From a bacterium (lineage in GTDB: Bacteria; Fidelibacterota; Fidelibacteria; Fidelibacterales; Fidelibacteraceae), in the NCBI GenBank assembly GCA_963676395.1, contig OY781066.1:1088001-1152000 (forward strand): a stretch of 64,000 bases of DNA. The letters run 5' to 3'. Below the pieces are notes generated by a model that did not search any database, was not told the DNA's origin, and was given only the letters and a program-made list of their open reading frames with translations. Position numbers and translations under genes: made by a program. Positions 1-10,856 of the stretch are shown here, piece after piece; position 1 is the first letter of the stretch; every line of letters starts with the position of its first letter.

Positions 1-830
1 AAGCAAAGGATCTTGAAGTCTTGATCGATCGTGCTATAAAAGAAGATATTGTCTTATCAAAATACAAGATCATATTACCTGATGATGTGCGAATGTTCCT
101 GATCATGTCCTCTGGTGGTGATGCCCGTAAAATGTACAACACGCTGGATATTACCGTTCAGCTTGTTCGCGGAAAAGATATGGGTTCCATGACATTGAAC
201 ATAACAAAAGAAGATATTCAATCGGCCTTACAAGAACGCGCTTTGCTTTATGATAAAGATGGAGACTATCATTATGACACCATTTCAGCCTTTATTAAAT
301 CTGTAAGAGGCTCCGACCCGGATGCTGCTGTTTACTGGATGACCGTTATGTTAGAAGGTGGTGAAGATCCACTTTTTATTGCACGACGTTTAATCATTCT
401 TGCAAGTGAAGATATCGGGAATGCCGACCCGCAAGGGCTTGTGATCGCCAATGCCGGTTTCCAAGCTGTAAAAGCTATCGGCTTGCCGGAAGGCGCTATT
501 GTGCTTTCGCAGGTAGCTACCTTTCTGGCATCTTCTCCAAAAAGTAATGCCTCCTATATGGCACTTCGCCGGGCGAAATCTTCTATCAGAGATACGGGCT
601 TCCAATCAGTTCCTCTACATTTACGGAACGCACCCACTGACGCCATGAAACAATTTCAATACGGCTTGGGATATCAATATCCTCACGATAATGATGATGG
701 TTTTTCAGATCAGGATTATATGCCGAAACAAAGACCCGATGTAAATCTCTACGAGCCAAAACAACTCGGTTACGAAAAATTTATTTATGAGCGACTCATA
801 AAGTGTTGGCCAAAACGCTTCAAGGGATAA
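1..830 (+). CDS. rarA: Replication-associated recombination protein A (MgsA/RarA AAA+ ATPase), C-terminal part; begins upstream of window
   Basis: Motifs GDAR, YDKDGDYHYDTISAFIKSVRGSDPDAA, ASEDIGNADP, VPLHLRNAPT, YQYPHD. Confidence 0.95.
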   Translation, partial: AKDLEVLIDRAIKEDIVLSKYKIILPDDVRMFLIMSSGGDARKMYNTLDITVQLVRGKDMGSMTLNITKEDIQSALQERALLYDKDGDYHYDTISAFIKSVRGSDPDAAVYWMTVMLEGGEDPLFIARRLIILASEDIGNADPQGLVIANAGFQAVKAIGLPEGAIVLSQVATFLASSPKSNASYMALRRAKSSIRDTGFQSVPLHLRNAPTDAMKQFQYGLGYQYPHDNDDGFSDQDYMPKQRPDVNLYEPKQLGYEKFIYERLIKCWPKRFKG

Positions 831-831
831 T

Positions 832-2085
832 ATGTCAATTCTCATCAAGAATACTTTAGTAAATAACAATCAATGCGATGTGCTAATAGAAAACAATTAT
901 TTTTCTAAAATTGGAAGTAACATCCAAACTCAAGCAGATACGGTTATTGACGGGAGCAGATTTGCCGTTCTTCCGGCTTTTTATAATATGCATACGCACT
1001 CTGCCATGACGCTATTACGAGGCTATGCGGACGATCTCGGGCTATATACGTGGTTAAACGACCATATTTGGCCTCTTGAAAGTAAACTTAAAGAAGAAGA
1101 TGTTTATCATGGTACGCGATTAGCCATACTTGAAATGGTCAAAAGCGGGACAGTCTTTTTTAATGACATGTACTTTTTCCCTCATGGCACGGCAAAAGCC
1201 GCAGATGAGATGGGAATACGTGCTGATATTGCACCTGTATTGATTGATGGATGTGACAGCAAGAAATGTGATGACATGATAAATTATACCAAGGAAACTA
1301 TCTCGCACTCAAAGGACTATTCATCTCGAGTTCGATTTACGGTTTCACCTCATGCCATTTATACTGTCTCGGCTGAGACTCTTAAAGCTTCTGCAGATCT
1401 ATCTCGCAAAGAAAACCTCCCATTTCAAATACATGTTTCCGAAACTCAGAATGAATACAAAGAATGTATGAAAGAGCATGACAAATCTCCGGTGCAATAT
1501 TTGGATTCTTTAGGTGTACTATCAGATAACGTAACTGCTGTTCACTGTATATATCTTGATGATAAGGATCGCGAGATCCTAAAAAACAGAGGCGTCAATA
1601 TCGCACATTGTCCGGCATCGAACATGAAACTTTCTTCAGGAAATTTAAACTACGCAGCTATTCGTAAAGCCGGTGTAAAGATCACGCTCGCAACAGATGG
1701 AGCAAGCTCAAACAACAACCTCTCCATGCTGGATGAAATGAAACTCGCTGCGCTACGCTCGAAGTGTCATAACGAAGATCCCACAGTCGCTTCGGCTCAA
1801 GAAATATTTAAAATGGCAACCAAAGATGGCGCAAAGGCAGCCGGATTACATGCCGGGGAAATTCAAGAAGGATATCTAGCCGATTGTATGCTTGTAAATT
1901 TGAACCACGTGTCATTAACTCCATCAGATAATCTAATATCCGATATGGTTTATTCGGCCTCTCCCGAATGCATTGATACCGTTATATGTGACGGACGTAT
2001 CCTAATGCAAAACAGAAAAGTCAAAAATGAAGAGAAAATTATTCAAGCAGCCAATGCTTGCTATCGGGATCTACTTAAAAGATAA
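832..2085 (+). CDS. Amidohydrolase, 5-methylthioadenosine/S-adenosylhomocysteine deaminase (MtaD)-like
   Basis: NMHTH metal motif, PHAIYT, IHVSET, HCPASNMKL, TDGASSNN; starts 1 nt after the rarA stop. Confidence 0.85.
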   Translation: MSILIKNTLVNNNQCDVLIENNYFSKIGSNIQTQADTVIDGSRFAVLPAFYNMHTHSAMTLLRGYADDLGLYTWLNDHIWPLESKLKEEDVYHGTRLAILEMVKSGTVFFNDMYFFPHGTAKAADEMGIRADIAPVLIDGCDSKKCDDMINYTKETISHSKDYSSRVRFTVSPHAIYTVSAETLKASADLSRKENLPFQIHVSETQNEYKECMKEHDKSPVQYLDSLGVLSDNVTAVHCIYLDDKDREILKNRGVNIAHCPASNMKLSSGNLNYAAIRKAGVKITLATDGASSNNNLSMLDEMKLAALRSKCHNEDPTVASAQEIFKMATKDGAKAAGLHAGEIQEGYLADCMLVNLNHVSLTPSDNLISDMVYSASPECIDTVICDGRILMQNRKVKNEEKIIQAANACYRDLLKR

Positions 2086-2108
2086 TCTATCAAACGTATA
2101 TATCTTGT

Positions 2109-2140
2109 ACCCCCGCTTTGATCGGGGGTTTATTTTTTAT
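2109..2140 (+). terminator. Rho-independent terminator
   Basis: ACCCCCG-loop-CGGGGGT followed by a T-rich tract, just after the amidohydrolase. Confidence 0.75.
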
Positions 2141-2148
2141 TCGATTTT

Positions 2149-2164
2149 TGTGACTTACGTCACA
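2149..2164. promoter_or_regulatory. CRP/FNR-family-like operator
   Basis: TGTGA-cttacg-TCACA, exact TGTGA-N6-TCACA consensus, about 170 nt upstream of the 2333 ORF. Confidence 0.45.
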
Positions 2165-2332
2165 CTATTTGGGCAGGTGTTTTTATTTATATGAAATATG
2201 ATCTATATTCTTTTGGGAAAGAATTCATTGAGGTTTAATAGTAAAATATCCGACTCATAGAATACCTCTACGAAGTCAAACTGAAACACAATATAAAAGG
2301 ACTGTATGGCAGTCCAATAAAAGGGACGAAAC

Positions 2333-4684
2333 ATGGGACGAAATAAATTTTTCTCTTCGGGGAAATGGCTATTTTTAATATTAATATACTCTTCATCATT
2401 TTCTCAGATCATACTCAACGAAATGATGATCGATCCAAGCAATGAAAATACCGGTGAATTTATTGAGTTATACAACACCTCTGATTCCATCATCGATCTG
2501 AGCAATTTTTATATTTGTGATGAGCAAGACACCGATAAACTTATCCCGTTTCCCGATTCAATACTCCCTCCACATCAATATGCCATTATACTGGATCCGA
2601 ATTATGAAGGCGAATATTTACATATACTACCTGACACATCGTATTTACTTTGTATTGATGATTCGAGATTCGGAAAATACGGTATATCAAATTCAACTGA
2701 AAAAACCTTTTCACTGCTGGATAATAACAAACAGATTTTGGATAAATATCGCAGCGGAACTCCCGAGTGGCCAAAAACAAATTATACTATCGAACGCTAC
2801 TATCCATATCAAGATATTTGGAGAAGTTCAATATTAAAGTTTGGCAGCCCCTGTAGAAAAAATACTATATCTCCACAGGACAAAAGCATCAATATTACTA
2901 ATGTTTCCTCTAAACTTTTGGATGATTCTTTAGAGATCAATTTCACTATATTAAATAACGGAACCAGCTTAATTGACCATATTGTCTACAGCATATCTTT
3001 AATATTCGACAACCTCTCTACCGAAATCAATCAAACACTTACCGATTCAGTAGAAATTGAAATTACTCCTTTTGATTCCATTACCATCACCCGGCATTTT
3101 CCAATTTTTTGTAAAGGAAAGTGCACGACTCAGGCTATAGCTTGCTACGATGAATGTATCGATACATTTACTTCCTTTGCTCACATTCCTCTTGCAGAAA
3201 ACGATATGATCATAAATGAATTTGTATGTAAACCAAGAAATAACTTTTCTTGTGAGTATATTGAACTTATATCTAAGTGCTCCTTACCTATTCAACTTTA
3301 TGGGCTCAAATTTTTCGATCTTACCGACTTCGTTGTACTTGACACCAATTACATTCTTATGCCGGACTCCCTAGTTGTGATTGCCCAATCCATGTCCTTT
3401 TACGATGACTTCCCATTTGTTACAAATACACTCTACCCCAGCGCATGGCGTAGTTTAAACAATAGCGAAGATCTCATACATATCACAAATAATGATATAT
3501 CTTCCATTTGTTATTTGCAATATGATAACAATTGGGATCTTGCCGATGACTGCGCCATGCTGCTTGTTGACACAACATTAGATTATCGAAACCCAAGACA
3601 TTGGGAAGTCTCACAAGATGGTAGTCCGGGCAAGCCAAACATCAGCGAACAACAACTGACTCAACTTTCTTGTTATTCCTCCCGAAATTATTATACGATT
3701 AAAGACACATTCGCGATCTTTATTATCAATAATGGTTTTCTCAACACAGATGCGCTTTCGTTCCGGGTTAATGAGGAATTTTTAACACTACCACCTTTAG
3801 CCCCCGGAGATAGTTTTTTATGTTATCCGGATACTTCTCGATATACAACTGAAGGTTATAACTATATTGATATCGAATGTGAACCATATTTTTTACATCA
3901 TATTAAATATTATAGACCCTACTCTGCACCTCCTTGTTTTTTAAATGAGATCATGTTTGATCCTTTGGACACATATTCACAAGCGGAGTTCATTGAACTC
4001 GAAAGCATACACTCTTCATTAGACCTAAGTCATTGGAAAATACGCATAAACAAACGTACTGTAGAACTTAGTGACTCATTGCATTCAGCTTTTTCCGTAT
4101 TCTGCTCCGATAATAACACCTTAGGCTGGAGTTCAAATACCTACGAATACTCCACCTTCCCTTCTTTGCCAAACTCGGGAGCGGAAATATATCTACTTGA
4201 TCCGATGGATCGTATAATAGACTTTTGTGATTTTCGCGATCATAAAAAAATAATAAAAGGTAGAAGTTTGGAAAAACAATTTACCGGTATATCTTCTTCG
4301 GATACCGAATTATGGCACGCATCAGTCGCGGAATCCGGAATGAGTCCAGGTTACAGAAACAGTATAAGTGCGCACCCTTCCGGGCGAAACTCACTTGGCG
4401 TTTATCCTAAAATCTATTCACCCGATAATGATGGAAACATTCAATTCAGTGTTGATTCTGAATCAGGTCTAGAGTATTGTGAACTTTCGTGTTTTAACTT
4501 GGCGGGAAAACTTATAGTCAAAAAAACACAAAATTGTTTTATGCAATCCTCGGCAATGATATTTTGGGACGGAAAACTATCTGACAAATCTTATCTCCAA
4601 CGTGGAGTTTATCTAATCTCTTGCAAACTTTTCACGCTAGAGGGAAAAATTCTAAGATTAAAGGATTCTTTTGTTGTAAAATAA
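2333..4684 (+). CDS. Secreted lamin-tail-domain repeat protein with FlgD-Ig-like C-terminal domain
   Basis: Signal peptide; three (L/I)NE...E(F/Y)IEL...(G/M)SP modules; C-terminal FNLAGKL...WDGK...GVY. Confidence 0.7.
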   Translation: MGRNKFFSSGKWLFLILIYSSSFSQIILNEMMIDPSNENTGEFIELYNTSDSIIDLSNFYICDEQDTDKLIPFPDSILPPHQYAIILDPNYEGEYLHILPDTSYLLCIDDSRFGKYGISNSTEKTFSLLDNNKQILDKYRSGTPEWPKTNYTIERYYPYQDIWRSSILKFGSPCRKNTISPQDKSINITNVSSKLLDDSLEINFTILNNGTSLIDHIVYSISLIFDNLSTEINQTLTDSVEIEITPFDSITITRHFPIFCKGKCTTQAIACYDECIDTFTSFAHIPLAENDMIINEFVCKPRNNFSCEYIELISKCSLPIQLYGLKFFDLTDFVVLDTNYILMPDSLVVIAQSMSFYDDFPFVTNTLYPSAWRSLNNSEDLIHITNNDISSICYLQYDNNWDLADDCAMLLVDTTLDYRNPRHWEVSQDGSPGKPNISEQQLTQLSCYSSRNYYTIKDTFAIFIINNGFLNTDALSFRVNEEFLTLPPLAPGDSFLCYPDTSRYTTEGYNYIDIECEPYFLHHIKYYRPYSAPPCFLNEIMFDPLDTYSQAEFIELESIHSSLDLSHWKIRINKRTVELSDSLHSAFSVFCSDNNTLGWSSNTYEYSTFPSLPNSGAEIYLLDPMDRIIDFCDFRDHKKIIKGRSLEKQFTGISSSDTELWHASVAESGMSPGYRNSISAHPSGRNSLGVYPKIYSPDNDGNIQFSVDSESGLEYCELSCFNLAGKLIVKKTQNCFMQSSAMIFWDGKLSDKSYLQRGVYLISCKLFTLEGKILRLKDSFVVK

Positions 4685-4745
4685 CATAAATGTTTGAATA
4701 GCATTTATTGACGCGTAAATTTATACCATCACTAAAGGAGAATAT

Positions 4746-5288
4746 ATGAAAAAATTACTAAGCACCTTACTTTGTCTTGTCTTTGTTTCGTGTGGTGTAA
4801 ATAGCCTTGAGTTCAGCAAATTTTCTAAATCAATGGATGTTATCAACTCTATTGATCTTAAAAAGTATCTCGGAACATGGTATGAATACGCCAGACTTGA
4901 TGTTTCCTTTGAACGCGGAATGATCAACACGCAGGCAAAATACGCTCTGTTAGAACCGGATAAAGAAGGACGCACTTGGATCAAAGTCACAAACTCAGGA
5001 GAAAAAAATGGAAAAGCAAAAAAAGCTGAAGGCAAAGCTGTTATTGCAGATCCCAATCAACCTGCACGCTTAATGGTTTCTTTCTTTGGTCCTTTTTATG
5101 GTGATTATAACATTATTGCCTTAGATACGGAGCACTACAGGTGGGCTTTAGTCGCCGGCGGTTCAAAAGATTACCTGTGGATACTTACACGTGAGAAAGA
5201 CCTAGACCCGAAGATCTTATATTCTCTCAAAACCCGTGCCCAAATGTATGGTTTTGATACAGACAAATTGATCTATCCTCAGGAATAA
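4746..5288 (+). CDS. blc: Lipocalin family outer-membrane lipoprotein (Blc)
   Basis: Lipobox FVSC, YLGTWYEYAR, SFFGPFYGDY, YLWILTR; AGGAG RBS. Confidence 0.9.
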   Translation: MKKLLSTLLCLVFVSCGVNSLEFSKFSKSMDVINSIDLKKYLGTWYEYARLDVSFERGMINTQAKYALLEPDKEGRTWIKVTNSGEKNGKAKKAEGKAVIADPNQPARLMVSFFGPFYGDYNIIALDTEHYRWALVAGGSKDYLWILTREKDLDPKILYSLKTRAQMYGFDTDKLIYPQE

Positions 5289-5574
5289 AATATAATTTCA
5301 TATTTTAGCGATCGTAATAAACCGTTTATATTTTTGATACGGTTCTTTATTTTCCTACGTCTTTGCAACTTTCATAAACATTATTTGTAATCAAATCATG
5401 AATTTACAGATAACGAAAGTAGCATTAATAAGCATATATTGTTCGTGGATCAAAACTCGGAGTGCATTAAAAAGAGATCTTGAAATAATTAACAAAAACC
5501 GAATAGCTATTCATCTCAGAACTTCACTCGAAACATGGATTCGCAAATTCCAGGATAAAAATATTCCGTAAAGT

Positions 5575-5601
5575 AAAAAGGGTTGGACACGTCCAACCCT
5601 T
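5575..5601 (-). terminator. Terminator downstream of secA
   Basis: AAGGGTTGGAC-ac-GTCCAACCCTT perfect hairpin with A-tract on its left. Confidence 0.8.
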
Positions 5602-5628
5602 ATGTTTTCAATCAGTTTCTAGTATGAT

Positions 5629-8600
5629 TTATACAGCTCCGTGACAATGTTTGTATTTCTTGCCACTGCCGCATGGGCATGGATCATTTCGACCCACTTT
5701 GGGCATATCGCGCTTAACCGGCTCGGCTTTACCTGCTTTGGGCGCTTGAGGTTGAGAGGGTGTATTCACTCCACCTTGTTTTGCACCTTCGGCAAAAGCC
5801 ATATTCTGACTTTGCGCTTGAGATACGCGCACTTGTTGTGGCGACGGAGATTCATCTTGAAGTTTAATATCAGTTCTAAACAATAACCTCAAAGCTGTTT
5901 TATTGATCTGTGCCAACAAATTTTGAAATGATTCAAATGCCTGAGCTTTATAAATCAATAAAGGATCTTTCTGTCCATAAGCCTGAAGACCAACACCTTC
6001 TTTGATCTGATCAAGTTCATAAAGATGTTCTTTCCATAAGCCATCAATGCTGTTTAAATAAGCCCAACGTTCAAAATCACGCATAACCTCCGAAGGGTAA
6101 AGCATTTTTTTTCTATCATAAGTTTCTTTGGCTTGTTGTGTAAAATACTCTACAATTTCTTCACGTTTCATATTTTGATGATCACTGGGAATGTCGCACA
6201 TAAGCGTTGTCAACATTTCCTGACGCAATGCATCCCACATCCAATTGGCCGGATTTGAATCTGCGGTATGATCTTCAACTTCCGAAGAAATAAACTCTTC
6301 CAACATCATGTTGATCTCACTCTGTAGATTACCACCTTCAAGAGCATAGGAACGACGATCATAAACAACTTCTCGTTGTTTGTTCATCACATCATCATAT
6401 TCAAGAAGATGTTTACGTATGCCAAAGTTTCGTTCTTCAACACGCTTTTGTGCTCGTTCGATCATACGAGTCATCATAGGCATAGAAATAACTTCATCAT
6501 CGGGAATGGCATCGAGCAGGGCGTTCCCACGAAGGTTTCCGAAAAGGCGCATGAGGTCATCTTCGAGCGAAATGAAAAAGACAGATTCGCCGGGGTCACC
6601 TTGTCGCCCCGCTCGACCGCGTAACTGATTATCAATACGACGTGATTCATGTCGTTCAGTTCCGATGATCTTAAGTCCACCCAATTCACGAACTTCATCA
6701 TTTATCTTAATATCCGTACCACGACCGGCCATATTTGTGGCAATGGTAACGGCACCGGGTTGTCCCGCAAGCGAAACAACATCAGCTTCCCGTTGGTGCT
6801 GTTTAGCATTCAACACATTATGTGGAATACCTGCCCGCTTTAATTGTTTTGCGATCATCTCAGACATTTCAACCGAGATAGTACCGACAAGCACAGGTTG
6901 GCGACGTTTAAAGCAAGCAGCGATCTCATTTATAATCGCATTGTGTTTTGCCTGCCGACTTTTATAAATCAAGTCATCCTGATCATTTCTAATAACCGGT
7001 TTATTGGTTGGAATTGAAACAACTTCCAGGTCATAAATTTCTTCAAACTCGTTTGCTTCGGTCGAGGCCGTACCTGTCATACCCGCCAACTTATCATACA
7101 TACGGAAGTAGTTCTGAAGCGTGATCGTAGCCAAAGTTTGGTTTTCACCTTCGATACGTACACGTTCTTTAGCCTCAATAGCTTGATGTAATCCGTCGCT
7201 ATAACGACGTCCGGGTAAAATACGACCGGTGAATTCGTCAACGATCAAAACCTTGCCGTCTTTTACTACATATTCAACATCTTTTTCATATAAAGCATAA
7301 GCTCTTAACAGCTGAGTGATATTGTGGATCATTTCTGATTTTTGACCATGTTTCTTTTGCAATTCAGCTTTTGCTTTAGCTTTATCCTCTGCACTTGCAG
7401 TTTCATCGCTATCGATCTTTACAAACTCTTCACCAATATCGGGAATAACAAAATACTCAGGATCTTCTGGGTTCATCACATGACGACCATCATCAGAAAT
7501 GACGATCGTATGAGATTTTTCATCAATAGCATATAAAAGCGAATCATCAATCTCATGCAGGCGTTTTTCCTGCATAAAAAAGTTTTCAGTTTTATATAGT
7601 TTATCCTGTACTTCCGCCGACTGCATCATTTTCAGGAATCGGGGGTTTTTAGGTTCTCCGTGTTGAACCTGTAATAACATTGTCCCAAGTTCCAGTTCAT
7701 GATCTCTGTCATCGGGAAGACGCTGGATCTCATCTAATAATGTATTGATCTTTTTCTTTTGGGCGCGCACAAGTTTTTCAACCTGTGGTCTCAATTTTTT
7801 ATAACGTTCATTAGAATTTGATTGAACCGGACCGGAAATGATCAGAGGTGTTCTCGCCTCATCAACAAGCACGGAATCGACCTCATCAACAATAGCATAA
7901 TAATGTCCACGCTGAACCATGTTCTCATGTCTGATCGCCATATTGTCCCGAAGATAATCAAAACCAAATTCATTGTTCGTACCATAAACAATATCACAGG
8001 CATATTGCTCTTTACGAGCATTAGGCGGCATTGAATTCAATATTTTCCCAACACTCAAGCCAAGAAAACGATAGATCGCGCCCATCCACTCAGCATCACG
8101 TTCAGCCAAATAATCGTTCACGGTCACAACATGCACACCGCGTTTTGTCAGGGCATTCAAAAAGATCGGCATGGTCGCAACCAAGGTCTTACCTTCACCC
8201 GTTTTCATTTCGGCAATATTACCGTTATGAAGAACCTCTGCACCCATAAGCTGAACATCAAAGGGAATCATGTTCCACTCGAGCTCATTTCCGAGCACAT
8301 TGAATTTCTTTCCGACAAGTCTTTTTGCCGTTTCTTTAACTATTGCAAAAGCTTCAATCTTCAGCTTATCCAGAGCAGTCTGTTCAGCTTCATAGATCAT
8401 TTTATCTTTTGCTTCATTATCTAGTTTATTTTCTTCAGCTTTATTTTTTGCTTCTTCACGTTGATCATGTATATAAACGATCATCTCTTGTGTTCTGGCT
8501 CGAAGATCATCATCACTTAAATCATGCATTGTATCATATTTTGCATTTATCTCTTCAGGAAGGCCCGTGATCTTTTTTAAATAGCGGTCGGAAGAAGTGC

Positions 8601-8634
8601 CGAATAATTTTACCAAAAGTTTTTCAAAAGCCAT
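5629..8634 (-). CDS. secA: Preprotein translocase subunit SecA
   Basis: [38 protein letters not shown]-terminal [22 protein letters not shown]. Confidence 0.99.
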   Translation of the reverse strand: MAFEKLLVKLFGTSSDRYLKKITGLPEEINAKYDTMHDLSDDDLRARTQEMIVYIHDQREEAKNKAEENKLDNEAKDKMIYEAEQTALDKLKIEAFAIVKETAKRLVGKKFNVLGNELEWNMIPFDVQLMGAEVLHNGNIAEMKTGEGKTLVATMPIFLNALTKRGVHVVTVNDYLAERDAEWMGAIYRFLGLSVGKILNSMPPNARKEQYACDIVYGTNNEFGFDYLRDNMAIRHENMVQRGHYYAIVDEVDSVLVDEARTPLIISGPVQSNSNERYKKLRPQVEKLVRAQKKKINTLLDEIQRLPDDRDHELELGTMLLQVQHGEPKNPRFLKMMQSAEVQDKLYKTENFFMQEKRLHEIDDSLLYAIDEKSHTIVISDDGRHVMNPEDPEYFVIPDIGEEFVKIDSDETASAEDKAKAKAELQKKHGQKSEMIHNITQLLRAYALYEKDVEYVVKDGKVLIVDEFTGRILPGRRYSDGLHQAIEAKERVRIEGENQTLATITLQNYFRMYDKLAGMTGTASTEANEFEEIYDLEVVSIPTNKPVIRNDQDDLIYKSRQAKHNAIINEIAACFKRRQPVLVGTISVEMSEMIAKQLKRAGIPHNVLNAKQHQREADVVSLAGQPGAVTIATNMAGRGTDIKINDEVRELGGLKIIGTERHESRRIDNQLRGRAGRQGDPGESVFFISLEDDLMRLFGNLRGNALLDAIPDDEVISMPMMTRMIERAQKRVEERNFGIRKHLLEYDDVMNKQREVVYDRRSYALEGGNLQSEINMMLEEFISSEVEDHTADSNPANWMWDALRQEMLTTLMCDIPSDHQNMKREEIVEYFTQQAKETYDRKKMLYPSEVMRDFERWAYLNSIDGLWKEHLYELDQIKEGVGLQAYGQKDPLLIYKAQAFESFQNLLAQINKTALRLLFRTDIKLQDESPSPQQVRVSQAQSQNMAFAEGAKQGGVNTPSQPQAPKAGKAEPVKRDMPKVGRNDPCPCGSGKKYKHCHGAV

Positions 8635-8640
8635 AATATA

Positions 8641-9096
8641 TTAACCTTCTTTAACTGGTGATATCTCAGGGATAAGAATATTTTCTTCTACAAGATCCTT
8701 ATAGATCCGGTCCAGCATACCATTAACAAAAACATGAGACTCTTCTGTAGAAAATTCTTTTGCCAATTCGATTGCTTCGGAAATGGTAACTCTGGGAGGT
8801 ACATCTTCAATGAACATCATTTCAGCAATTGATTGACGAAGTATGATCTTATCCATTAAAGTTATGCGAGAAAAAGCCCAGTTTTTTGAACGTTTTTTAA
8901 TTCGTTCATCGAGCTCATCAATATGATTGATCGTTTTGTGGATCAATGCTCTAAAGAACTCTTCATCAAACTCAGGATCTTCATTCATTTGAAGTGTGCG
9001 TTCAATGACATCATTTAAGCTTTCATTTTCCTGCTGTAAATATGCATACAAATGTTGAATGCACAGCATGCGGGCGTTGCGGCGTAATTTTTTCAT
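8641..9096 (-). CDS. nusB: Transcription antitermination factor NusB
   Basis: RRNAR N-terminus, DKIILR, EAIELAKEFS, FVNGMLD. Confidence 0.96.
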   Translation of the reverse strand: MKKLRRNARMLCIQHLYAYLQQENESLNDVIERTLQMNEDPEFDEEFFRALIHKTINHIDELDERIKKRSKNWAFSRITLMDKIILRQSIAEMMFIEDVPPRVTISEAIELAKEFSTEESHVFVNGMLDRIYKDLVEENILIPEISPVKEG

Positions 9097-9461
9097 ATAT
9101 GGGGTGTCCTTTGACTAGTCTTAAAGGGGGGAAAACACATTTTCAATGACGTTCTCATAGCGCACTAATATACAATACTTTATATGCGATTTACAAGAAA
9201 GAATCTAAGTATTAAAATTGAAATTAAGCTTAATATCAAAATCTATCTAAAGGGAACATGCATTTAGTATTTTATGTTTTTCAGCTATGTTAATTGATAA
9301 TTTTAGCTCAACAACCTTAAGCCGCAACAAGAGAAAACAAGCGAAATATTACTTTTATAAGTTTTATTGAGGCTTATAGATAATTGAATTAAAGCATTTT
9401 TTTTTCGGGTTTTTTCATTATCTTATTTGGCGTGGGAAGTAATGACCACAAAAGGATAAAT

Positions 9462-10340
9462 GTGAAAAGACCCATAAAAATATTGTTATCGCTTCTTGGC
9501 TTCACTTGCCTGTTTGCCGGTGAATTCTTTGAAGATTTTTCTTACAGAAATACCCTTGATCCCAAACTTAATGAACGCGGCTGGACGATTGTTTCGGGAC
9601 TAAGCGCTCCTCCCCAAAATGCAAAATATATAGCTAAATATATTTCGTTTACCAAAGACCCTAATGATGATGCAAACACCATCTTGGAGATAAAGGCCAG
9701 CTGCCGAAACACTAAAGACAGTATGCGTCACTCTCGCATTGAATCCGGTATCCGCTTTTTAGAGGGCACCTATGCAACTCGCATCCATTTCAACAACGAA
9801 ATGAAAAAAACAAAAGACGGTAACATTCAAGCTTTCTATACTATTTCGTCACCATTAACCGAAGAACGCCCTGAATACTCTGAATGTGATTTTGAATACC
9901 TTCCCTACGATATTTGGAATGATATGGGTAAAACCCGACCCGCCATCTATGCCAGTACCTGGGAGAATTACATAAGCGATCATGCCACTGAAGACCTTGC
10001 ACAATATATAAAAAAACAAAAACTTAAAGGCTGGCATCTGGTCATCATTCAAATCATGAATGGCGAAGTTTCTTATTATTTAGATAATAGTCAAAAACCT
10101 ATCGCCATACATAAGATATCCGATAAAGGTTCTGACGTATACCCGGAATCACTTATGAGGATCGCCTTCTCAAATTGGATATCAAAAGTAAACTTAAAAC
10201 AAAACAAACGACGTACCTCTACAATAAAGGTTGATTGGGTCTATCACATTGAAAATAAGGCCTTATCCTTAAATGAGGTTTATAAACGAGTCAGACTTCT
10301 TCAAAAGGACGACATAAGATATTTAGATACAATGGAATAG
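9462..10340 (+). CDS. Secreted glycoside hydrolase family 16-like protein
   Basis: Signal peptide from GTG 9462 (AGGA RBS); catalytic ExDxE motif (ECDFE); GTY, GWH and VDWV beta-jelly-roll motifs. Confidence 0.65.
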   Translation: MKRPIKILLSLLGFTCLFAGEFFEDFSYRNTLDPKLNERGWTIVSGLSAPPQNAKYIAKYISFTKDPNDDANTILEIKASCRNTKDSMRHSRIESGIRFLEGTYATRIHFNNEMKKTKDGNIQAFYTISSPLTEERPEYSECDFEYLPYDIWNDMGKTRPAIYASTWENYISDHATEDLAQYIKKQKLKGWHLVIIQIMNGEVSYYLDNSQKPIAIHKISDKGSDVYPESLMRIAFSNWISKVNLKQNKRRTSTIKVDWVYHIENKALSLNEVYKRVRLLQKDDIRYLDTME

Positions 10341-10371
10341 CAGACAATTGAACAAATAATTTCATTATAGC

Positions 10372-10403
10372 AAAAGCCTTGGATTATAATCCAAGGCTTT
10401 TTT
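10372..10403. terminator. Bidirectional terminator
   Basis: Perfect palindrome AAAAGCCTTGGATTATAATCCAAGGCTTTT between convergent genes. Confidence 0.8.
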
Positions 10404-10515
10404 ATATGGTTTATCAGCCGACGAAACATGAAAAGATGTCATCTGATAGAAAAATCATTTCTTTCAATCATCCAACAGATCTTTGCTCGATTCTCGTAAT
10501 TAAACATGACTAAGA

Positions 10516-10806
10516 CTATGTGAATTTCTTGTTTTTCTTTACAACAACTATCAACAAGGTGCTTTGCAATAAGGTCGCAATACTATTAGTGACTAATAGG
10601 GCAATAGTATGAAAACGAATCCCATAAAATGTCCAAAACAAATATATCAAAAAGAACCCAATAATAAACACCATCGAAAGAGAACTCTTTTCTGGACTTC
10701 TATATTCTTTTATGACCTGGACTAGCAAAACCAAGCAACCGGAAAGTCCGGCAACAAGTCCAAGTGTTTCAAACAATGCAGGGGATACAGAATCAAGAAA
10801 GTTCAT
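10516..10806 (-). CDS. PQ-loop/SemiSWEET (MtN3/saliva)-like small transporter
   Basis: About 96 aa, 3 TM helices, QVIK...SLS...WTFYG...TN pattern; GGAG RBS before ATG 10806. Confidence 0.65.
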   Translation of the reverse strand: MNFLDSVSPALFETLGLVAGLSGCLVLLVQVIKEYRSPEKSSLSMVFIIGFFLIYLFWTFYGIRFHTIALLVTNSIATLLQSTLLIVVVKKNKKFT

Positions 10807-10856
10807 TATAAGGCTCCAATTAGTATTTTTATATATAAGCAATCTTCCATAAGAGA

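Noticed and set aside
5398..5571. 57-codon ORF after blc with a faint GIY-YIG-like TRSALKR stretch
   Set aside because: There is no GIY/YIG motif or RBS, so the similarity is too weak to call.
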